This document shows, piece after piece, positions 53,717-58,552 of a stretch of 58,552 nucleotides of DNA. The first letter of the stretch is position 1; every line of letters starts with the position of its first letter. Below the pieces are notes generated by a model. That model was not told where the DNA came from. It made no database searches and saw only the letters and a program-made list of their open reading frames with translations. Source of the DNA: a virus (Duplodnaviria; Caudoviricetes); IMG/VR virus record IMGVR_UViG_3300021962_000122, positions 1 to 58,552 of that record; one strand, 5' to 3'. Position numbers and translations under genes: made by a program.

Positions 53717-53917
53717 ATGGCTGAATACAAACAACCAAAAAACGTTCCAAGTGTGGTTGTTGGTGAAGAGCCAGCAAAAGAAACCATGCGAAAAGCAAAC
53801 GTGTCTGTAGCCAATGTGCGCAGCCAAGACTACCCACCTACCAAAACAAGCGGTATCAAAATCCGTGGCACTGGCGCGGCTACCAAAGGCGTGATGGCTA
53901 GAGGCCCGATGGCATGA
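53717..53917 (+). CDS. Small basic protein
   Basis: GGAGG RBS; IRGTGAATKG motif. Confidence 0.6.
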   Translation: MAEYKQPKNVPSVVVGEEPAKETMRKANVSVANVRSQDYPPTKTSGIKIRGTGAATKGVMARGPMA

Positions 53918-54615
53918 ATTATTCTGAGCTTGTAACTGCGATTCAGGATTACACAGAAAATAGCTTTAGCTATTCGACCAATCCTGCGCCTATCAATACA
54001 TTTATTGAGCAGGCGGAGCAACGCATTTACAACACAGTTCAGTTTCCATCCATCAGAAAAAATGTCACTGGTGTCACGGCAACCAACAACAAATACTTGT
54101 CTTGTCCAAGCGATTTCCTGTCAACATTTTCGTTGGCGGTTATTGATGCGGACGGCAATTACGAGTACCTGTTGAACAAAGATGTGAACTTCATCCGTCA
54201 GGCGTATCCAAAACCAACCGATACCGCGATTCCGAAGTACTACGCACTGTTTGGCCCAACCACCACAAATGGGCCAACCCCCGTCACCACAAATGAGTTG
54301 AGTTTTATTCTTGGCCCAACCCCTGATGCAGCTTACGATGTTGAATTGCATTATTACTATTACCCTGAGTCAATCGTCACGGCAACCACAACATGGTTGG
54401 GTGACAACTTTGATTCTGTGTTGTTGTATGGCTCAATTGTGGAGGCTTACACATACATGAAGGGTGAGCCTGACGTAATGCTTGGATATGACGCCAAGTA
54501 CAAAGAAGCACTTGCGTTGGCCAAACGTCTGGGTGATGGGCTTGAACGCAGCGACGCATATCGCAGTGGGCAAGCAAGGGTTGCTCCGTTACCTCAAAAC
54601 AATGGGGTGCGTTGA
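53914..54615 (+). CDS. Second adaptor / tail tubular A-like protein
   Basis: MNYSEL...FIEQAEQRI...PKYYA...PTPD...LLYGS. Confidence 0.6.
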   Translation: MNYSELVTAIQDYTENSFSYSTNPAPINTFIEQAEQRIYNTVQFPSIRKNVTGVTATNNKYLSCPSDFLSTFSLAVIDADGNYEYLLNKDVNFIRQAYPKPTDTAIPKYYALFGPTTTNGPTPVTTNELSFILGPTPDAAYDVELHYYYYPESIVTATTTWLGDNFDSVLLYGSIVEAYTYMKGEPDVMLGYDAKYKEALALAKRLGDGLERSDAYRSGQARVAPLPQNNGVR

Positions 54616-55043
54616 TGGCTTTCACAGGCAACTACACATGCAACGTTTTTCGTACGGGTTTGATGGACGGCACGTTCAACTTTACGTCGGGTACGTTTTA
54701 CATTGCTCTGTACACCAATGAAGCCACGCTTGATGCGACTACCACGGCTTATACGACTGCGGGTGAGGTTGTGGATGCAGGGTATACAGCTGGTGGGCAG
54801 GTTCTTACGATAACCCAGACACCGACCACAGGCAACGCGCCTAACACAACAGCATACGTTTCGTTTTCAAACGCGGAGTGGACAGGAGCAATCACTGCCA
54901 GAGGAGCTTTGATTTATCAAAGTGGTGGGGGCAACCCAGCGGTTTGTGTGTTGGACTTCGGTTCAAATAAAACATCAACCACAATTTTCACGGTGCAGTT
55001 CCCTGCTGCTACCAACACATCTGCAATCATTCGTATCGCATAA
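54615..55043 (+). CDS. Putative tail structural protein
   Basis: FYIALYT...GYTAGG...ARGALIY...VLDFG. Confidence 0.65.
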   Translation: MAFTGNYTCNVFRTGLMDGTFNFTSGTFYIALYTNEATLDATTTAYTTAGEVVDAGYTAGGQVLTITQTPTTGNAPNTTAYVSFSNAEWTGAITARGALIYQSGGGNPAVCVLDFGSNKTSTTIFTVQFPAATNTSAIIRIA

Positions 55044-55053
55044 GGAGTAACAA

Positions 55054-55635
55054 ATGTCAGCAATCGAAAAATCCCAAGCCGCCGATACCATCGGTAGCGC
55101 AATCACAAAAACCTTGCAATCAGGTGAGGCGGCTACTGCCAAGGGTGTTTACACCATGCAGTGCTTTGACAAGGATGGCAATTTGAAATGGGAAGCCCAA
55201 TACCCCAATCTGGTTGTCAATGGCGGTTTGCAAGACATGAACAACAAGTATTTTCTGGGTAGCGCCTATACAGCCGCTTGGTACATTGGCTTGTACGGCT
55301 CGGGCGCGAGTAACAGTCCTGCGGCTGGCAACACTATGGCTTCGCACAGTAGCTGGACAGAAGAGACTGGATACAGTCAGGCAACACGCCCAGCTTGTAC
55401 ATTTGCTACACCAACCACAGCCAATCCATCTGTGGCTACCAACTCAGCTTCCCCCGCTGTTTACAGCATCAACGCCACAGCAACAATTGGCGGAGCTTTT
55501 TTGGTAAGCGACAACACTAAGGGTGGCTCAACTGGTGTTCTGTACTCAGCATCTGATTTCACTTCGCCGGGTGATCGTTCTGTTGTTTCAGGCGACACAC
55601 TCAATGTCACTTACACACTCAGTTTGGCAGGTTAA
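55054..55635 (+). CDS. Putative tail structural protein
   Basis: NLVVN...WYIGL...GDTLNVTY. AAGGAG RBS. Confidence 0.65.
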   Translation: MSAIEKSQAADTIGSAITKTLQSGEAATAKGVYTMQCFDKDGNLKWEAQYPNLVVNGGLQDMNNKYFLGSAYTAAWYIGLYGSGASNSPAAGNTMASHSSWTEETGYSQATRPACTFATPTTANPSVATNSASPAVYSINATATIGGAFLVSDNTKGGSTGVLYSASDFTSPGDRSVVSGDTLNVTYTLSLAG

Positions 55636-55637
55636 TC

Positions 55638-55814
55638 ATGGCAACATTTAAAAAAGGCGATGTCGTTAAATTAAACGGCGTCGTACCCCAAGGCCCAGTG
55701 CTTGCGATGCGTATGGATGAAGATGGCAACGTGTCTTATCTGATTGAGTGGACAGATGTTGATGGGAAAACCCAGCAGCGTTGGTTTGCTGAGTCTGATT
55801 TGATCGCAGGCTAA
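55638..55814 (+). CDS. 58-aa small beta-barrel protein (DUF2158-like; not in the ORF track)
   Basis: MATFKKGDVVKL...GP...W...WFAESDL. Fills the intergenic gap. Confidence 0.6.
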   Translation: MATFKKGDVVKLNGVVPQGPVLAMRMDEDGNVSYLIEWTDVDGKTQQRWFAESDLIAG

Positions 55815-55833
55815 TATGAGCAGGGCATGACGA

Positions 55834-57219
55834 GTGTTTGGATTTCTAGCATTCTCACAAGCCCCGTTTTCGTCGCTTAGTGGTAATACATTTGCTGCCT
55901 CAGTATCTGAATCAGCCACAGCGACGGATAGCATATCTTCGCTTTTAACTTTTAATTCGTCTGTATCCGAGACCGCTACCGCCACTGATTCAATCTCGTC
56001 TTTACTGACATTTTTGGCGGCAGTTTCTGAGACATCGACGGCTACAGACTCTATTTCGGCTGCGGCGACATTTCTCGCAAATATTTCTGAGTCTGCCACA
56101 GCTACAGATACGCTCTCAGCCTTACAGACTTTTGCAACAGATATATCCGAAGCAGTAACGGCAACGGACGCCATATCTGCGATCCAAGTATTTGTATCGG
56201 CAGTATCCGAGACAGCCACCGCATCTGATGCAGTTTCATCACTTCTGACGTATTTGTCAGCGGTGTCGGAGTCAGCAACAACAACGGACTCTATATCTTC
56301 CTCAGTTGTTTTCCAAAGTGTGGTGTCTGAGGCGGCAACTGCAACCGACGCAATATCATCGACACAAGATTTTGTTACGGCTGTGTCAGAAACAATCACG
56401 GCAACAGACTCTTTGTCTGCTGCGGCGAGCTTCATCTCCAACGTGGCTGAGACATCAACGGCAACGGATTCTGTTTCCGGTAAACAAGATTTTGGTGTCA
56501 CCGTGTCTGAGAGCGCAACTGCCACGGACAGCATAGCTTCTTCATACATTATTGGTTCCGCAGTATCTGAGACATCGGCGGCAACGGATTCAATCTCAGC
56601 GAATGCGGTGTTCCCAGTAACGATTAACGAAACATCGACAGTGACGGATTCAGGTTCTGCGGCTCAAACTTTTGCTACAAACGTAGCAGAGACAGCGACA
56701 GTGACGGATTCTGATTCGTCTACGCCTATTTACGCCCCGCAGATTGCAGAATCAGTAACAGCAACAGATGATGTGTCTAGCTCATTTGCATTCACTGGCA
56801 ATGTGGATGAAACGGCTACGGCAACAGATGACATTGTTGGCGGTTTATTGTTCTTGAACAGTGTCACCGAATCTTCCGTGGCTACGGACGCAATGGAAGC
56901 GTTTGCCACTTTTGCGGTGCTTGTTGAAGAATTTGGGTCAGTTATCGACGGGGCGGTGGTAACGCAGGTCTTCCTGTGCGCCATCCAAGAAACCATCACG
57001 GCATCGGACTCGTTCTTTGCCCGATTCTTGTGGGAACTCATCAACGACAGTCAGACCGCAAACTGGGCAAACATAGACTCCTCAGAAAGCACAACTTGGG
57101 CGACAATCAACGCAGCCCAAAGTGCGGGCTGGGCAAATCTAAACACCGCAGAGTCCGCTGACTGGGCAGAAATAAATGACAGCAACCCCAATACTTGGAC
57201 AAAGATTGGGACAACCTGA
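55834..57219 (+). CDS. Repeat-rich virion filament protein (about 20 repeats of 19 aa)
   Basis: Repeating FxxxVSE(T/S)ATATDxxS unit and C-terminal 11-aa Trp repeats. Confidence 0.7.
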   Translation: MFGFLAFSQAPFSSLSGNTFAASVSESATATDSISSLLTFNSSVSETATATDSISSLLTFLAAVSETSTATDSISAAATFLANISESATATDTLSALQTFATDISEAVTATDAISAIQVFVSAVSETATASDAVSSLLTYLSAVSESATTTDSISSSVVFQSVVSEAATATDAISSTQDFVTAVSETITATDSLSAAASFISNVAETSTATDSVSGKQDFGVTVSESATATDSIASSYIIGSAVSETSAATDSISANAVFPVTINETSTVTDSGSAAQTFATNVAETATVTDSDSSTPIYAPQIAESVTATDDVSSSFAFTGNVDETATATDDIVGGLLFLNSVTESSVATDAMEAFATFAVLVEEFGSVIDGAVVTQVFLCAIQETITASDSFFARFLWELINDSQTANWANIDSSESTTWATINAAQSAGWANLNTAESADWAEINDSNPNTWTKIGTT

Positions 57220-57228
57220 GAGTAAGAC

Positions 57229-57687
57229 ATGGCATTGGTTTTAGCTGATCGCGTTCGGGAGACTACTACCACCGCTGGTACAGGCACAATCACGCTTGCC
57301 GGAGCCGTGACGGGCTTTCAGTCTTTCTCTGTTGTTGGAAATGGCAATACAACGTATTACACAATTGCTGGGCAGGGTACGTCTGAGTGGGAAGTGGGTG
57401 TTGGTACATATACGTTGTCTGGCACAACTTTGGCTCGAACAACTGTGCTGGCCTCCAGCAACTCCGGCAGCTTGGTGAATTTCAGCGCGGGTACAAAAGA
57501 TGTATTTGTCACGTATCCGGCGGGCAGGTCGGTTACTGGCGCGACAGGATTGACAGAGAACGATACCACCATCACAGCAAACTACACCATCACCACTGGA
57601 AGAAATGCTTTGAGCGCAGGGCCACTCACGGTTAACACGGGGGTCACGATCACGGTTCCGACGGGTTCAGTATGGACGGTTGTGTGA
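57229..57687 (+). CDS. Tail fibre-associated protein
   Basis: MALVLADRVRETTTTAGTG...WEVGVG...DVFVTYPA, ending in [10 protein letters not shown]. Confidence 0.65.
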   Translation: MALVLADRVRETTTTAGTGTITLAGAVTGFQSFSVVGNGNTTYYTIAGQGTSEWEVGVGTYTLSGTTLARTTVLASSNSGSLVNFSAGTKDVFVTYPAGRSVTGATGLTENDTTITANYTITTGRNALSAGPLTVNTGVTITVPTGSVWTVV

Positions 57688-57719
57688 TAAACCAATAGAA
57701 TGCAAGAAGGAGTTTAAAC

Positions 57720-58520
57720 GTGCCATCCTCATATACATCACTGCTAGGGCTTGTACAGCCCGTAACTGGGGAACTCACAAATACGTGGGGTTCAACGGTA
57801 AACACTCAGTTGACTCAACTGATAGAGGACGCTATTGCTCAATACTCCACAGTCAGCGTAACTGCGGGCGACTGGACACTGACTACAACAGGCGCTGGCG
57901 CACAAAACCAAGCGCGAACAGCCATACTGATCGCCACAGGCGCACCGGGTACAAGTAGATACATCTACGCCCCGCAGCAGAGCAAAACCTACGTGGTGGT
58001 CAACAACTGCACAGACGGCAGCGATATTTATATTCGGGGCGGTACATCAAGCTCATATTCTGCGGGTGTACTGATCGGGCCAAACAGTTCGGCCTTGGTG
58101 GTTTGGAACAACAAGACTGCGGAGTACACGGCAGACATTTCCGGCACAACCATGACGGTGTCTGCAATTGCCGCAGGTGGTATTCAGGTTGGTCAGTTCC
58201 TGACCGGCACGGGCGTGACCGCAGGCACATACGTCACAGAATTCTTGACCGGCACGGGTGGGGCAGGTACTTACACCGTCAGCGCATCCCAGACTGTTGC
58301 TTCAACAACCATGACTTCAGCCGACTTTGTGAAAGTCGCAGGGGGTGGCGGTGGAGCGACGGGCGGTGGCAACGATGAGATATTCTTCCAAAACGGACAG
58401 ACTGTCACTGCAAGTTACACAATCACGACAAACAGAAACGCAGGTACGTTTGGGCCGGTTTCTATCAATTCTGGTGTCACAGTGACGGTTCCGACAGGCT
58501 CTGTCTGGACTGTGGTTTAA
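57720..58520 (+). CDS. Tail fibre protein
   Basis: MPSSYT...GE...TWG N-terminus, ending in [10 protein letters not shown]. Confidence 0.65.
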   Translation: MPSSYTSLLGLVQPVTGELTNTWGSTVNTQLTQLIEDAIAQYSTVSVTAGDWTLTTTGAGAQNQARTAILIATGAPGTSRYIYAPQQSKTYVVVNNCTDGSDIYIRGGTSSSYSAGVLIGPNSSALVVWNNKTAEYTADISGTTMTVSAIAAGGIQVGQFLTGTGVTAGTYVTEFLTGTGGAGTYTVSASQTVASTTMTSADFVKVAGGGGGATGGGNDEIFFQNGQTVTASYTITTNRNAGTFGPVSINSGVTVTVPTGSVWTVV

Positions 58521-58529
58521 GGAGAAAAC

Positions 58530-58552
58530 ATGTCTCAAGTATCAATTGCGGG
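58530..58552 (+). CDS. Start of the next tail gene (3' truncated)
   Basis: AAGGAG RBS followed by ATG (MSQVSIA...). Confidence 0.5.

Noticed and set aside
55671-56549. 292-aa antisense ORF
   Set aside because: It is a mirror of the Ser/Thr/Ala repeat gene on the + strand and has no independent support.
55834-58552. Diversity-generating retroelement at the tail fibres
   Set aside because: No reverse transcriptase in the window. The two similar C-termini differ at many non-adenine, mostly synonymous positions.
1-58552. Stop-codon reassignment or integrated prophage
   Set aside because: Core genes are intact in the standard code with all three stops used. No host genes, integrase or att-like junction were seen.

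Overview
The window holds most of a tailed dsDNA bacteriophage genome, probably a podovirus-like phage, and is cut inside genes at both ends. Three blocks are visible. (1) 1-18656 (+): Peptidase_M15A endolysin, tail protein, a free-standing HNH-AP2 homing endonuclease, ejection/internal virion proteins and a 3220-aa polyvalent protein. (2) 18577-41248 (-): replication and early genes, namely primase-helicase, SSB, SNF2 helicase, Cas4-like nuclease, Leu762-type PolA, VRR-NUC, an AAA+/vWA-metallopeptidase module and many small early ORFs. (3) 41693-58552 (+): TerS, TerL, portal, GroES-like chaperone, scaffold, capsid, small basic proteins, adaptors and tail fibres. I recognised no integrase, reverse transcriptase, CRISPR array or canonical tRNA. 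The most unusual signals are non-coding: a multiply pseudoknotted ~155-nt RNA in front of the VRR-NUC/PolA genes (30049-30202); a ~140-nt structured element with a tRNA T-arm lying between a Shine-Dalgarno and the next start codon (22152-22290); five dispersed copies of a 27-bp palindrome in the early region; and a second 16-bp palindrome family. All protein family calls come from recognising motifs by eye, not from database searches.
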